A DNA stretch of 46,307 nucleotides, taken from the NCBI GenBank assembly GCA_045590955.1, contig JAZNSB010000012.1, positions 1 to 46,307 on the forward strand, given 5' to 3'. Below are positions 1 through 10,026 of this stretch, piece by piece. The stretch is from Alphaproteobacteria bacterium. Its GTDB lineage: Bacteria > Pseudomonadota > Alphaproteobacteria > RF32 > CAG-239. The notes beneath the pieces were generated by a model. The model searched no databases. It worked only from the letters and a program-made list of their open reading frames with translations, and had not been told where the DNA came from. Numbering within the stretch: the stretch's first letter is position 1; the number at the start of each line of letters is the position of its first letter. The position numbers and the translations under genes were made by a program.

Positions 1-84
1 CTTTTTGACGGACAATTGGTATCATTTGATACTTATGACGACAATGGTAAGCCTGCCGCAGAAAATGTGGTGGTATTAGCCTAA
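1..84 (+). CDS. Cold-shock domain protein, C-terminal fragment (5' truncated by window edge)
   Basis: Frame 1 reads LFDGQLVSFDTYDDNGKPAAENVVVLA*, matching the CspA-family C-terminal pattern (L.EGQ.V.F....GK.AA.NV). Stop TAA at 82-84. Not in the ORF track. Confidence 0.75.
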   Translation, partial: LFDGQLVSFDTYDDNGKPAAENVVVLA

Positions 85-90
85 AATGCA

Positions 91-120
91 AAAAAAGCAC
101 TCCAAAAGGAGTGCTTTTTT
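91..120. terminator. Intrinsic terminator, bidirectional type
   Basis: AAAAAAGCACTCC-AAAA-GGAGTGCTTTTTT perfect inverted repeat with A/T tracts, just after the csp stop. Confidence 0.9.
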
Positions 121-261
121 GTTTTACTCTTATAGAGCTTATTAAGGTTGGTGCAATGATTTTTTTTATTTCTGATTTTTTGCAAATCACTGATTTGACT
201 CAAATAGAGTCTGGCTAAGGGATTGCGGAAAAATTTTTTTGCATTTTTTTGATTATTTTGC

Positions 262-290
262 TTTACAAATATCACCAAATATGTTAAAAG
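262..290 (+). promoter_or_regulatory. Candidate sigma70 promoter for the rpsJ leader
   Basis: TTTACA(262-267)-N17-TAAAAG(285-290); an alternative is TTGCTT(258-263)-N16-TATGTT. Weak match in AT-rich DNA. Confidence 0.35.
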
Positions 291-318
291 GCACGCACGC
301 AAGGGTGAGTAAGGTTTT

Positions 319-484
319 GAGAATCGATGCGCCCATTGATATAAAACATATTGTAATACCTATACTGTTGCAGTGTTTTTTCCTTGAAAAACAAAAGGTT
401 GTTGCAACGAGAAGGCATACTGAACAGCATGTATTACAGAGTTTAACGTTTAGATGACAAATGGAAAGCATCTCGCTTTTTTTT
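319..484 (+). ncRNA. Candidate structured RNA (rod-like hairpin) or rpsJ leader, ending in a U-tract
   Basis: Nested pairings GATGC 326-330/GCATC 468-472, CCATT 333-337/AATGG 460-464, TGTAATAC 352-359/GTATTACA 431-438, CTGTT 365-369/AACAG 423-427, CAGT 371-374/ACTG 419-422; T8 at 477-484. Confidence 0.45.
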
Positions 485-511
485 GTTATCTAGTTATAAG
501 GTAAAGTAGAA

Positions 512-823
512 ATGATAGATACACAAAATATAAGAATTCGCCTTAAAGCTTTTGATCACAGATTGCTTGATCTTTCTACAAAAGAAATTGTGAGCACAGC
601 CAAAAGAACAGGGGCAAATGTTAGAGGTCCAATACCTCTTCCAACAAGAATCGAGAAGTTTACGGTAAACCGTTCTCCTCACGTGGATAAAAAGTCTCGT
701 GAACAATTTGAAATCAGAACACACAAGAGACTTCTTGATATTGTAGATCCAACACCGCAGACAGTTGATGCATTGATGAAATTGGATTTGGCTGCCGGCG
801 TAAATGTTGAAATAAAACTTTAG
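512..823 (+). CDS. rpsJ: 30S ribosomal protein S10
   Basis: [14 protein letters not shown]...GPIPLPT...[20 protein letters not shown]. Confidence 0.99.
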   Translation: MIDTQNIRIRLKAFDHRLLDLSTKEIVSTAKRTGANVRGPIPLPTRIEKFTVNRSPHVDKKSREQFEIRTHKRLLDIVDPTPQTVDALMKLDLAAGVNVEIKL

Positions 824-831
824 TTAACAAT

Positions 832-857
832 GTTGGCTTTTGAAATACAAAGTCAAC
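832..857 (+). other. Intergenic hairpin rpsJ-rplC
   Basis: GTTGGCTTT-TGAAATAC-AAAGTCAAC, 9-bp stem with one G.U pair, no U-tract. Confidence 0.55.
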
Positions 858-880
858 CAATTGAAAAGGAAAAATAAATA

Positions 881-1618
881 ATGCGTACGGGTTTAATCGC
901 AAAGAAGCTGGGAATGTCCCGCATTTTTGAAGTAGACGGATCTCATACTCCGGTTACTATTCTTAGTGTGGAAGATTTGAAGGTTGTTGCAGTAAAAACT
1001 CTTGATAAGGACGGTTATAGCGCAGTTCAGCTCGGAACTGGCGCTGCAAAGCCAAACAGAGTTTCAAAAGCCTTGAAAGGACATTTTGCAAAAGCTAATG
1101 TAGAACCAAAGAAAAAATTGGCAGAATTTAGAGTTTCTGAAGACTGCTTGCTTTCTGTTGGTGATGAATTGTCCGTTGAACATTTTGTTAAAGGACAATA
1201 TGTTGACGTTTGCGGAACATCAATCGGTAAAGGTTTCGCAGGTGTTATGAAAAGACATAATTTTGCCGGTTTGGAAGCATCTCACGGTGTTTCAATTTCT
1301 CACCGCTCTCACGGATCAACTGGTCAAAGACAAGATCCTGGTAAGGTGTTTAAGGGCAAAAAAATGGCCGGACATATGGGTAATGAAAGAGTTACCGTGC
1401 AAAACCTTAAAATTGCCGACATTGATGTGGCAAATGGTTTGATTATGGTAAAAGGTGGTGTCCCCGGATGTGATAATTCTTGGGTTTACATTACTGATGC
1501 TGTTAAGAAAGTGGCTAATGTTACATTGCCAACACCAGCCGGTTTGAAAAAAATAGCTGAGCCTGTTGCTCCTGTAAAGGAAGCTGAAGCAGCTCCTGCT
1601 GAAGAGATTAAAGAATAG
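881..1618 (+). CDS. rplC: 50S ribosomal protein L3
   Basis: [13 protein letters not shown]...[34 protein letters not shown]; Ala/Glu-rich C-terminal tail. Confidence 0.99.
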   Translation: MRTGLIAKKLGMSRIFEVDGSHTPVTILSVEDLKVVAVKTLDKDGYSAVQLGTGAAKPNRVSKALKGHFAKANVEPKKKLAEFRVSEDCLLSVGDELSVEHFVKGQYVDVCGTSIGKGFAGVMKRHNFAGLEASHGVSISHRSHGSTGQRQDPGKVFKGKKMAGHMGNERVTVQNLKIADIDVANGLIMVKGGVPGCDNSWVYITDAVKKVANVTLPTPAGLKKIAEPVAPVKEAEAAPAEEIKE

Positions 1619-1628
1619 GAGTTTGAAA

Positions 1629-2249
1629 ATGAAACAGGACATCTTTAATTTAGATAATCAAAAAGTCGGTTCAATTGAACTGGATGACTCTATTTTCGGA
1701 GTAGAGGTTCGTGCCGATATTTTGCACAGAGTTGTAAACTGGCAATTGGCTATGCGCCAATCAGGTTGTCACAGCACTAAAGGTCGTTCAGATGTTGCTT
1801 TGACCGGATCTAAACCTTTCAAACAAAAAGGTGGCGGTCGTGCACGTCAAGGTTCTTACAAAGGCACACAATTCAGAAAAGGTGGTATTGTGTTTGGTCC
1901 TGTTGTAAGAGACCACTCTCATGATTTGACCAAAAAATTCAGACAACTTGGTCTTAAAACAGCTCTTTCTGCAAAATTAAAAGAAGGAAATTTGTTGGTT
2001 ATTGATGAAGCAAAACTTGCTCAGCCAAAAACAAAAGAATTGATTGCAAAATTAAATTCTTGCGGTTTGAACAACTGTTTGTTCATTGATGGTAAAGAAG
2101 TTGATATCAATTTTGCATTGGCATCAAGATCAATTGTTGGTGTAGATGTATTGCCAACCGTTGGTGCAAATGTTTATGATATTTTGAAAAAAGAAAAATT
2201 GGTTTTGACTAAGGATGCAGTTGCTTGTTTAGAGGAGAGATTGAAATGA
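1629..2249 (+). CDS. rplD: 50S ribosomal protein L4
   Basis: HSTKGRSDV...[18 protein letters not shown] 1629 follows SD AGGAG and is preferred over the TTG 1623 of the ORF track. Confidence 0.98.
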   Translation: MKQDIFNLDNQKVGSIELDDSIFGVEVRADILHRVVNWQLAMRQSGCHSTKGRSDVALTGSKPFKQKGGGRARQGSYKGTQFRKGGIVFGPVVRDHSHDLTKKFRQLGLKTALSAKLKEGNLLVIDEAKLAQPKTKELIAKLNSCGLNNCLFIDGKEVDINFALASRSIVGVDVLPTVGANVYDILKKEKLVLTKDAVACLEERLK

Positions 2250-2566
2250 AAAAATCTGAAAAAACAACAAATAATGTAACTACAAAAATGTATGATACAT
2301 TAACTCGTCCGATTATTACCGAAAAATCTATGTTGTCTTCTGAAGCAGGCAAGGTGGTTTTTGAAATTCCGTCTTGGGCAACAAAAGACGATGTTAAAAA
2401 AGCTGTTGAAGCAATTTTTAACGTAAAGGTTACAAAGGTAAATACAATCAATCAACTGGGTAAACAAAAACGCTTTAAAGGTCAGCTCGGTAAACGTTCT
2501 GATGTTAAGAAAGCTTTGGTTAGCCTGGCTGAAGGTCAAAACATTGATGTTACAACAGGAATATAA
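2246..2566 (+). CDS. rplW: 50S ribosomal protein L23
   Basis: RPIITEKS...[18 protein letters not shown]...[17 protein letters not shown] 2246 overlaps the rplD stop (ATGA). Confidence 0.98.
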   Translation: MKKSEKTTNNVTTKMYDTLTRPIITEKSMLSSEAGKVVFEIPSWATKDDVKKAVEAIFNVKVTKVNTINQLGKQKRFKGQLGKRSDVKKALVSLAEGQNIDVTTGI

Positions 2567-2569
2567 GAT

Positions 2570-3406
2570 ATGGCACTGAAAAAATATAAGCCCACTTCAC
2601 CGGGTTTGCGTCAGCTGGTTAGTGTTGACAAAAGCGAGCTCTATAAAGGAGCACCGGAGAAATCCCTGACAAAAGGTTTGACCAAGACAGGTGGGCGCGA
2701 TAATTTTGGTCACGTTACAAGTCGTAGAATTGGTGGCGGTCATAAGCGTAAATATCGTCTTATTGACTTTAAACGCAACAAATACGATGTTGAAGCAACT
2801 GTAGAAAGAATTGAGTATGATCCAAACAGATCATCATTTATTGCTCTTATCAATTATACAGATGGAGAAAAAGCATATATTTTAGCTCCACAAAGATTGA
2901 AAGCCGGCGATAAAGTAATTTCTTCTGCAAAAGCAGATATTAAACCGGGTAATGCTATGCCTTTGAAGAGTATGCCTGTTGGTACCATTATCCACAACGT
3001 TGAACTTAAAGTTGGCAAGGGTGCTCAATTGGTTAGAGCTGCCGGCTGTTATGCTCAGCTTGTTGGTAAAGATGCAGGTTATGCTCAATTGAAGCTTAAC
3101 TCCGGTGAATTGCGTTTGGTTAGAGAAGAATGTTTGGCAACAGTTGGTGCCGTATCTAACCCAGACAACCAAAATAGGTCACTTGGTAAGGCCGGTAGAA
3201 ACAGATGGTTAGGTAATCGTCCGGTTTCTCGTGGTGTTGCCATGAACCCTGTAGATCACCCGCACGGTGGTGGTGAAGGTCGCACATCAGGCGGTCGTCA
3301 TCCAGTTACTCCATGGGGTAAACCAACTAAGGGTTATAAGACTCGTTCTAACAAACAGACGGATAAATTCATTATGAGAAGCCGTCATCAAAACAAGAAG
3401 AAATAG
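2570..3406 (+). CDS. rplB: 50S ribosomal protein L2
   Basis: [14 protein letters not shown]...[18 protein letters not shown]. Confidence 0.99.
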   Translation: MALKKYKPTSPGLRQLVSVDKSELYKGAPEKSLTKGLTKTGGRDNFGHVTSRRIGGGHKRKYRLIDFKRNKYDVEATVERIEYDPNRSSFIALINYTDGEKAYILAPQRLKAGDKVISSAKADIKPGNAMPLKSMPVGTIIHNVELKVGKGAQLVRAAGCYAQLVGKDAGYAQLKLNSGELRLVREECLATVGAVSNPDNQNRSLGKAGRNRWLGNRPVSRGVAMNPVDHPHGGGEGRTSGGRHPVTPWGKPTKGYKTRSNKQTDKFIMRSRHQNKKK

Positions 3407-3418
3407 GGAGAATAAACT

Positions 3419-3712
3419 ATGACACGTTCCGTATGGAAAGGACCTTTTGTTGATGGTTATCTCTTGAAAAAAGCAGATAAAGCTAGAGAGTCTGGTCGTA
3501 ATGAAGTGATTAAGATTTGGTCTAGAAGATCTACATTGTTGCCACAATTTGTTGGTTTAACTTTTGGTGTTCACAATGGACATAAGTTTATACCTGTATT
3601 GGTAACAGAAGAGATGATTGGTCACAAATTTGGTGAATTTGCCCCGACACGTACATTCTACGGTCACGCAGGCAATAAGAAAGCAGAAAGAGGAGGAGCA
3701 CATGGAAAATAA
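3419..3712 (+). CDS. rpsS: 30S ribosomal protein S19
   Basis: [10 protein letters not shown]...[21 protein letters not shown]...[11 protein letters not shown]. Confidence 0.99.
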   Translation: MTRSVWKGPFVDGYLLKKADKARESGRNEVIKIWSRRSTLLPQFVGLTFGVHNGHKFIPVLVTEEMIGHKFGEFAPTRTFYGHAGNKKAERGGAHGK

Positions 3713-4052
3713 GAAACAGGCAAAAGCTGTTGCTTTATCTTTGAGAACTTCTCCAAGAAAACTTAATTTGGTAGCACAATCAATTAGAGGATTGGATGTT
3801 TCTAAGGCAATTGCAGAACTTACTTTTTCAAAGAAAAGAATTGCAAAGTCAGCTTTGGAGGTTTTACAATCAGCAATTGCTAATGCTGAAAACAATCATC
3901 AGCTCAACATTGATAAGCTTTATGTTAGTGAAGCTTATGTTGGAAAGAGCTTGGTTATGAAACGTATGAACGCTAGAGCCAGAGGAAGAAGCGCTAGAAT
4001 TTTGAAGCCTTTTTCTAATTTGACAATAGTAGTTTCAGAGCGAGGAGAATAA
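3702..4052 (+). CDS. rplV: 50S ribosomal protein L22
   Basis: [14 protein letters not shown]...SAIANAENN...RARGR. ATG 3702 follows SD AGGAGG; overlaps rpsS by 11 nt. Confidence 0.98.
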   Translation: MENKKQAKAVALSLRTSPRKLNLVAQSIRGLDVSKAIAELTFSKKRIAKSALEVLQSAIANAENNHQLNIDKLYVSEAYVGKSLVMKRMNARARGRSARILKPFSNLTIVVSERGE

Positions 4053-4054
4053 AG

Positions 4055-4723
4055 ATGGGACAGAAAGTAAATCCTACAGGTCTTCGTTTAGGTGTTAACC
4101 GCACATGGGATTCTCGCTGGTATGCAGATGAAGAATATGTTGGTTTTCTGCATGAAGATTTGAAGATTAGAGAATTCTTGAAAAAGAAATTAGCTCAAGC
4201 AGGTGTTTCAAAAATTGTTATTGAACGTCCACAGAAAAAAGCAAGAGTTACAATTCACTCAGCACGTCCGGGTATTGTAATCGGTAAAAAAGGTCAGGAT
4301 ATTGAATTTTTGAGAAAAGATATTCAAAAAATGACATCTTCTGAAGTTCAACTTAACATTTTGGAAGTTAGAAAACCTGAACTTGATGCAAAATTGGTTG
4401 CAGAAAGTGTTGCACAACAATTGGAAAGACGTATTGCTTTCCGTAGAGCAATGAAAAGAGTTATGCAGTCAGCTTTGCGTTTGGGAGCAGAAGGTATAAA
4501 AGTAAGTTGTTCCGGTCGTTTAGGCGGTGCAGAAATTGCAAGAACAGAGTATTACAGAGAAGGAAGAGTTCCTTTGCATACTTTGAGAGCCGACATTGAT
4601 TATGGCACAGCTACTGCTCATACAACATATGGTGCTTGTGGTGTAAAAGTTTGGATCTATAAAGGTGAAATTATGTCACACGATCCTATGGCACAAGACA
4701 AGAAACTTGCTGAGCAGAAATAA
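4055..4723 (+). CDS. rpsC: 30S ribosomal protein S3
   Basis: [13 protein letters not shown]...[11 protein letters not shown]...[12 protein letters not shown]...[14 protein letters not shown]. Confidence 0.99.
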   Translation: MGQKVNPTGLRLGVNRTWDSRWYADEEYVGFLHEDLKIREFLKKKLAQAGVSKIVIERPQKKARVTIHSARPGIVIGKKGQDIEFLRKDIQKMTSSEVQLNILEVRKPELDAKLVAESVAQQLERRIAFRRAMKRVMQSALRLGAEGIKVSCSGRLGGAEIARTEYYREGRVPLHTLRADIDYGTATAHTTYGACGVKVWIYKGEIMSHDPMAQDKKLAEQK

Positions 4724-4739
4724 GAGAGGATAGAAGAAA

Positions 4740-5180
4740 ATGTTAAGTCCGAAAAGATTAAAGTTCCGTAAGCAGCATAAGGGTCGTATTCACGGCGATG
4801 CTAAAGGCGGATCAAGCTTAAGTTTTGGTTCATACGGCTTAAAAGCTCTTACTCCGGAAAGAATCACAGCTCGTCAAATTGAGGCAGCTCGTCGTGCAAT
4901 TACTCGTGAGATGAAGAGGTTGGGTCAGTTGTGGATTAGAATTTTTCCAGACGTGCCTGTGACAGATAAACCTGCCGAGGTGAGAATGGGAAAAGGAAAA
5001 GGCGCTCCGGAATACTGGGCATGTCGTGTAAAACCGGGCAGAATAATGTTTGAAATCGGTGGCGTTTCTGAAGAAGTTGCCAGAAAAGCATTTGCCTTGG
5101 GTGCAGCAAAATTACCTGTAAAGAGTAAAATTGTATGCAAATTGAACTCAGATGCAAGTAAGGAGAAGCAAAATGGTTAA
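4740..5180 (+). CDS. rplP: 50S ribosomal protein L16
   Basis: [16 protein letters not shown]...[12 protein letters not shown]. Confidence 0.99.
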   Translation: MLSPKRLKFRKQHKGRIHGDAKGGSSLSFGSYGLKALTPERITARQIEAARRAITREMKRLGQLWIRIFPDVPVTDKPAEVRMGKGKGAPEYWACRVKPGRIMFEIGGVSEEVARKAFALGAAKLPVKSKIVCKLNSDASKEKQNG

Positions 5181-5367
5181 AACAAAAGATCTTCGTGCGA
5201 TGAGCATTGACGAACTGGAAGCTAAATTGCTTCAAAATAAGAAAGAGCAGTTTAACATGAGAGTTCAAAAAGCAACAGGACAATTGACCAATACGGCCAA
5301 TGTTAGAAAGTTGCGTCGTGAAATTGCAAAAATCAACACGCTCATAGCAGAGCGCAAGAAGAATTAA
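5173..5367 (+). CDS. rpmC: 50S ribosomal protein L29
   Basis: [11 protein letters not shown]...[15 protein letters not shown]...[12 protein letters not shown] 5173 follows SD AAGGAG. Confidence 0.97.
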   Translation: MVKTKDLRAMSIDELEAKLLQNKKEQFNMRVQKATGQLTNTANVRKLRREIAKINTLIAERKKN

Positions 5368-5382
5368 TAAAGGAGAAATGTT

Positions 5383-5619
5383 ATGCCTAAAAGAATTCTT
5401 CAAGGTGTTGTTGTAAGTGATAAACAGGACAAAACTGTCGTAGTAAAAGTTGAACGCCAGATTATGCACCCTGTTTATAAGAAGTTCATCAAAAAGAGCA
5501 AAAAATATGCTGCTCATGATGAAAATAACCAGTTCAAGATTGGAGATGAGGTAAAGATTATTGAATCTAGACCAATATCAAAGAACAAGACTTGGACAGT
5601 TTTAGTAGATAACGCCTAA
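5383..5619 (+). CDS. rpsQ: 30S ribosomal protein S17
   Basis: [18 protein letters not shown]...HDENN...[16 protein letters not shown]. Confidence 0.99.
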   Translation: MPKRILQGVVVSDKQDKTVVVKVERQIMHPVYKKFIKKSKKYAAHDENNQFKIGDEVKIIESRPISKNKTWTVLVDNA

Positions 5620-5639
5620 GAAGTGAAAGGAATTATGTT

Positions 5640-6008
5640 ATGATTCAAATGCAAACCAACCTGGATGTAGCAGATAATTCTGGTGCACGCAAGGTGCAGT
5701 GCATTAAAGTTCTTGGAGGTTCCAAGAGAATGCACGCTTCTGTTGGTGACATTATTGTTGTGTCTGTAAAAGACGCTATCCCAAGAGGTCGTGTTAAAAA
5801 AGGCGACGTTCAAAAGGCAGTAATTGTTAGAACAGCAAGTGATATTAGACGTAAAGACGGAAGCGTTATCCGTTTTGATTCAAACGCAGTTGTTTTGGTA
5901 AACAAAGATGGAGAACCAATTGGAACTCGTATTTTTGGCCCTGTTACCAGAGAACTGAGAAACAAGAAATTTATGAAAATAATTTCATTAGCACCGGAGG
6001 TATTATAA
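5640..6008 (+). CDS. rplN: 50S ribosomal protein L14
   Basis: [27 protein letters not shown]...GTRIFGPV. Confidence 0.99.
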   Translation: MIQMQTNLDVADNSGARKVQCIKVLGGSKRMHASVGDIIVVSVKDAIPRGRVKKGDVQKAVIVRTASDIRRKDGSVIRFDSNAVVLVNKDGEPIGTRIFGPVTRELRNKKFMKIISLAPEVL

Positions 6009-6325
6009 TGCCAAAATTGAAAATTAAAAAAGGTGATAAAGTAATAGTTTTATCTGGCGAAGATAAAGGTAAAACAGGAGAGATTATTAAGGCAATGCCA
6101 AAAGAAAATAAAGTTTTGGTAGCCGGTATTAATCTTGTAAAAAGACACACCAAACCCAGCCAAGAGAATGCTGGCGGCATTATTAGCAAAGAGGCTCCTA
6201 TTTGTGCTTGCAAAGTAGCTCTTGTTGACCCTAAAACAGGAAAAGCAACAAAAGTCGGCTACAAAATTGAAAAGGACAAAAAGGTAAGAGTTGCTCGTAA
6301 GTCCGGTGAAGTAATCGATAAATAA
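6008..6325 (+). CDS. rplX: 50S ribosomal protein L24
   Basis: [20 protein letters not shown] (KOW motif)...KEAPI. Confidence 0.99.
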   Translation: MPKLKIKKGDKVIVLSGEDKGKTGEIIKAMPKENKVLVAGINLVKRHTKPSQENAGGIISKEAPICACKVALVDPKTGKATKVGYKIEKDKKVRVARKSGEVIDK

Positions 6326-6336
6326 GGGAAACTTTT

Positions 6337-6876
6337 ATGACAAATTTTAGAAATTTATATGAAAAGTCAATAAAAAAGTCTCTTGTGGAAAAATTCGGTT
6401 ACACAAATCCACATGAGATTCCAAAGTTGACAAAGATTGTTCTCAACATGGGCATTGGTGAAGCCGTTGCGGACAAGAAAAAATTAACAAACGCTATGGA
6501 AGAAATGGCTTTGATAGCAGGTCAAAAACCGGTTGCAACAAAAGCCAGAAAATCTATTGCAACCTTCAAACTTAGAGAAGGAATGCCAATCGGATGTAAA
6601 GTTACTTTGCGTTCTGACAGAATGTATGAGTTTTTGGAGAGATTGGTAAATATAGCTCTTCCTCGTGTAAGAGACTTCCACGGTATTAACGGTAAAAACT
6701 TTGATGGTAGAGGCAATCTTGCTTTTGGAATAAAAGAACAGATCATCTTTCCGGAAATTAACTATGATAAAGTTGAAAACATTATCGGAATGGATGTGGT
6801 TATTTGTACTTCTGCAAAGACAGACGAAGAAGCAAGAGCTTTATTAACTGCTTTCAATTTACCATGTAAGAAATAA
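6337..6876 (+). CDS. rplE: 50S ribosomal protein L5
   Basis: [11 protein letters not shown]...[16 protein letters not shown]...ALPRVRDF...FDGRGN. Confidence 0.99.
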   Translation: MTNFRNLYEKSIKKSLVEKFGYTNPHEIPKLTKIVLNMGIGEAVADKKKLTNAMEEMALIAGQKPVATKARKSIATFKLREGMPIGCKVTLRSDRMYEFLERLVNIALPRVRDFHGINGKNFDGRGNLAFGIKEQIIFPEINYDKVENIIGMDVVICTSAKTDEEARALLTAFNLPCKK

Positions 6877-6887
6877 GGAAAAAACTT

Positions 6888-7193
6888 ATGGCAAAAACAA
6901 GTTCAGTTTACAGAAACTTAAAAAGACAGAAGATGGCAGAAAAATTTGCAAATCGTCGTCGTAAGTTGAAAGAGATTGTAATGGATAAAACAATCGCTCC
7001 TGAGGAGAGATTCCAAGCAACTCTTAAATTAGCAGAATTGCCAAGAAACTCTGCAAAGATCAGATTTAGAAATCGTTGCAAGTTGACAGGTCGTTCACGT
7101 GGGTATTACAGAAAGTTCGGTTTGGGCAGATCAGAGCTCAGAGATATGGCCGGATTTGGTGAAATACCCGGTTTGGTAAAATCAAGCTGGTAA
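6888..7193 (+). CDS. rpsN: 30S ribosomal protein S14 (long form, lacks Zn-ribbon Cys set)
   Basis: 101 aa; [22 protein letters not shown]...[11 protein letters not shown]. Confidence 0.99.
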   Translation: MAKTSSVYRNLKRQKMAEKFANRRRKLKEIVMDKTIAPEERFQATLKLAELPRNSAKIRFRNRCKLTGRSRGYYRKFGLGRSELRDMAGFGEIPGLVKSSW

Positions 7194-7206
7194 GGAGATA
7201 AGTATA

Positions 7207-7605
7207 ATGTCTATGTCAGATACTTTGGGCGATATGCTCACACGCATTAGAAACGCACAAAGAGCTAGAAAAAATGAGGTTGTTACTCCTGCTTCTCGCT
7301 TGCGTGAAAATGTGTTAGAAGTTCTCAAAAAAGAAGGATTTATATTGGGTTATGAAAGATACAATGTACGTCCTGGCGTTGATGAGATCAAAATTAAGTT
7401 GAAGTATCATGAAGGTGCTTCCGTAATAAAAGAAATATACCGCGTATCTACTCCGGGCAGAAGAGTTTATTCTTCAGTTAAAGATTTGCCTAGAGTATAT
7501 AATGGTTTGGGTATTTCAATCATTTCTACACCACAAGGTGTTATGAGTGATAATGATGCCAGAAAAGCCAACGTTGGCGGTGAAATTTTGTGTCAGGTAT
7601 TTTAA
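7207..7605 (+). CDS. rpsH: 30S ribosomal protein S8
   Basis: DMLTRIRNA...VSTPGRRVY...[14 protein letters not shown]. Confidence 0.99.
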   Translation: MSMSDTLGDMLTRIRNAQRARKNEVVTPASRLRENVLEVLKKEGFILGYERYNVRPGVDEIKIKLKYHEGASVIKEIYRVSTPGRRVYSSVKDLPRVYNGLGISIISTPQGVMSDNDARKANVGGEILCQVF

Positions 7606-7617
7606 GGGAGAAAACAG

Positions 7618-8157
7618 ATGTCTAGAGTTGGAAAATATCCTGTTATTGTCCCTGCCGGTGTGGAAGTTGTTATTGACAACAATACCGTTAAGGCAAAAGG
7701 CAAACTTGGTGAATTGCAGTTTACTTTTAATGCAGACCATGTTGATGCAAAATTAGAAGAAGGAAAAATCTGCGTTAGCAAAAAACACGAAACAAAAGAA
7801 GCAGCTATTTTGTGGGGAACTACAAGAGCGCAAATTAATTCGATTGTTAAAGGTGTTAGCGAAGGATTTGTGAAAGATTTGGAATTGGTAGGTGTGGGTT
7901 ATAAAGCAAGAGTTGAAGGAACAAAAAAATTGGTTCTTTCTTTGGGCTTTTCTCATGATGTTAATTTTGAAATTCCTGAAGGAATTAAAGTTGTTTGCGA
8001 ATCTCCAACACAAATCAAAATCAGTGGTGCAGATAAACAATTGGTTGGCCAAGTTGCTGCGGAAGTTCGCGCATATAGAAAACCAGAACCATATAAAGGT
8101 AAAGGTGTGAAGTATGTTGGCGAATATGTACGTCGCAAAGAAGGCAAAAAGAAATAA
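7618..8157 (+). CDS. rplF: 50S ribosomal protein L6
   Basis: MSRVGKYPV...[10 protein letters not shown]...[11 protein letters not shown]. Confidence 0.99.
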   Translation: MSRVGKYPVIVPAGVEVVIDNNTVKAKGKLGELQFTFNADHVDAKLEEGKICVSKKHETKEAAILWGTTRAQINSIVKGVSEGFVKDLELVGVGYKARVEGTKKLVLSLGFSHDVNFEIPEGIKVVCESPTQIKISGADKQLVGQVAAEVRAYRKPEPYKGKGVKYVGEYVRRKEGKKK

Positions 8158-8168
8158 GGATAGGTAAC

Positions 8169-8531
8169 ATGAATACGCCAAAAAAATTGTTTGAAAAAAG
8201 AAAACAACGCGTAAGAACAACATTGAAGAATGTAGCGAATGGAAAGATGAGATTGTCTGTATTTCGCTCAGGAAAACATATGTATGCGCAAATAATTGAC
8301 GACACTAAAGGTGTTACTGTTGCTTCTGCTTCTACATTAGATAAAAGTGTTAGAGAAGTTATCAAAAAAACAGCTAACATTGAAGCTGCTGCTTATATTG
8401 GAACAACTTTGGCAAACAAAGCCGTTAAATGCGGTATTAACGAAGTTGTGTTTGATAGAGGCGGTTATATCTATCACGGAAGAGTTAAAGCTTTGGCTGA
8501 CGCAGCAAGAGCTGCCGGTTTGAAGTTCTAG
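8169..8531 (+). CDS. rplR: 50S ribosomal protein L18
   Basis: [18 protein letters not shown]...[28 protein letters not shown]. Confidence 0.99.
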   Translation: MNTPKKLFEKRKQRVRTTLKNVANGKMRLSVFRSGKHMYAQIIDDTKGVTVASASTLDKSVREVIKKTANIEAAAYIGTTLANKAVKCGINEVVFDRGGYIYHGRVKALADAARAAGLKF

Positions 8532-8541
8532 GAGAAAGCGA

Positions 8542-9102
8542 ATGACACAAGTAAATGCTAGAAAAGAAGACAAAAAAGTTGAAGAATTGGTTGAAAAACT
8601 GGTTCATGTCAATCGTGTAGCCAAAACTGTAAAAGGTGGTCGTAATATGTCTTTTGCTGCTGTTGTGGTAGTAGGAGATAAGAAAGGCCGCGTTGGATAC
8701 GGAAACGGTAAAGCTGCTGAAGTTCCAGAAGCAATTACAAAAGCAACCAACGAAGCTAAGAAAAACATGATAAGAGTTCCTTTGAGAGAAGGCAGAACTT
8801 TGCATCATGACGTTGCCGGTCGTTTTGGAGCAGGAAAGGTTTATTTGAGAACAGCTCCTGCCGGTACCGGAATTATTGCCGGTGGTGCTATGCGTGCTAT
8901 TTTTGAAGTTTTGGGCATTCAAGACGTTGTTGCAAAATCTTTGGGATCTAACAATCCTTATAACATGATTAAAGCAACATTTAATGCTCTTGAAGCAATC
9001 AATTCTCCAAGAATGGTAGCAGCTAAACGTGGTAAAAAAGTTGGTGATATTGTTTCTCGCAGAGAAAATGCTCCGACAAAACCTGTTGCTGAGGAGATGT
9101 AA
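8542..9102 (+). CDS. rpsE: 30S ribosomal protein S5
   Basis: [12 protein letters not shown]...[14 protein letters not shown]...[11 protein letters not shown]. Confidence 0.99.
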   Translation: MTQVNARKEDKKVEELVEKLVHVNRVAKTVKGGRNMSFAAVVVVGDKKGRVGYGNGKAAEVPEAITKATNEAKKNMIRVPLREGRTLHHDVAGRFGAGKVYLRTAPAGTGIIAGGAMRAIFEVLGIQDVVAKSLGSNNPYNMIKATFNALEAINSPRMVAAKRGKKVGDIVSRRENAPTKPVAEEM

Positions 9103-9104
9103 TT

Positions 9105-9287
9105 ATGGCTGAAAAAACAATCAAAGTTACACAAGTAAACAGCAAAATAGGGCACAGCGCTGATCAGAAAAAAACTTTAATCGGTTTGGGTTTGAAAAAA
9201 ATGGGAAAAACTTCTGTTTTGAAAGATACTCCAGCCGTTAGAGGAATGATCAAAAAAGTTGCTCACCTGGTAAAAGTTGAAGAGTAA
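9105..9287 (+). CDS. rpmD: 50S ribosomal protein L30
   Basis: [11 protein letters not shown]...LIGLGLKK...[20 protein letters not shown]. Confidence 0.98.
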   Translation: MAEKTIKVTQVNSKIGHSADQKKTLIGLGLKKMGKTSVLKDTPAVRGMIKKVAHLVKVEE

Positions 9288-9296
9288 ACTTTAGTT

Positions 9297-9324
9297 CTGT
9301 AAAGGAGTTTTTACTCCTTTACAG
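9297..9324. other. Perfect 12-bp intergenic hairpin rpmD-rplO
   Basis: CTGTAAAGGAGT-TTTT-ACTCCTTTACAG; no downstream U-tract. Confidence 0.8.
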
Positions 9325-9359
9325 GCAAGTTTGAAACAAATAAATTAAGGTGAAATGAC

Positions 9360-9815
9360 ATGAAACTTAATGAATTAAAAGACAATAATGGTGCAAGACA
9401 AGCTTCAAAACGTATCGGTAGAGGTATCGGTAGCGGAAAAGGTAAGACATCAGGAAAAGGTCATAAAGGTTATAAGGCTCGTTCAGGTGCTTCCGTTAAT
9501 GGTTTTGAAGGCGGTCAAATGCCAATTTATCGTAGATTGCCAAAACGTGGTTTTAAAAACCATTTTGCTAAAGAATATGCAATTGTTAATTTGGATAAAA
9601 TCCAAAAAGCAATTGATGCCGGCAAATTAAATGCAAATGAAGTTAATGTTGAAACACTTACTTCAGCAGGTTTGGTAAACAAAACTTTGGATGGTGTACG
9701 TTTGTTGGCAAGAGGAGCTGTAACAGTAAATGTAAATATTACAGTTAACTCTGCATCTAAAGCTGCAATTGCTGCAGTTGAAAAAGCAGGCGGCAAAGTA
9801 AACGTTGACGCTTAG
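9360..9815 (+). CDS. rplO: 50S ribosomal protein L15
   Basis: [20 protein letters not shown]...[18 protein letters not shown]. Confidence 0.99.
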   Translation: MKLNELKDNNGARQASKRIGRGIGSGKGKTSGKGHKGYKARSGASVNGFEGGQMPIYRRLPKRGFKNHFAKEYAIVNLDKIQKAIDAGKLNANEVNVETLTSAGLVNKTLDGVRLLARGAVTVNVNITVNSASKAAIAAVEKAGGKVNVDA

Positions 9816-9837
9816 TTTTGAATTAAGCAATGAAAAT

Positions 9838-9869
9838 AAAAAAGAGCTGCAAAATGCGGCTCTTTTTTT
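9838..9869 (+). terminator. Intrinsic terminator after rplO
   Basis: AAAAAAGAGCTGC-AAAAT-GCGGCTCTTTTTTT. Confidence 0.85.
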
Positions 9870-10026
9870 GTATGTAGGATGTGCAAAAAGTTATAAATTT
9901 AAATAATGTCGGGATAAAATTAAATTAGTTGCATAAAAAATTTTTTGTTGTATTAATATCTTGACTTAAAATAGCAGAACTTATGTTCAATGCTTTGTTT
10001 TAAATAAAAAATATGAGGAAAAAATA

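Noticed and set aside
239-471. Two overlapping 72-aa ORFs (+239..457, -253..471) before rpsJ
   Set aside because: No family motifs or SD. They coincide with the predicted RNA hairpin and are most likely chance ORFs.
3618-3701. Upstream ATG/TTG starts in the ORF track for rplV, rplD, rplW, rpmC, rplQ, mreD, truA and recX
   Set aside because: Downstream ATGs have proper SD spacing and match family N-termini.
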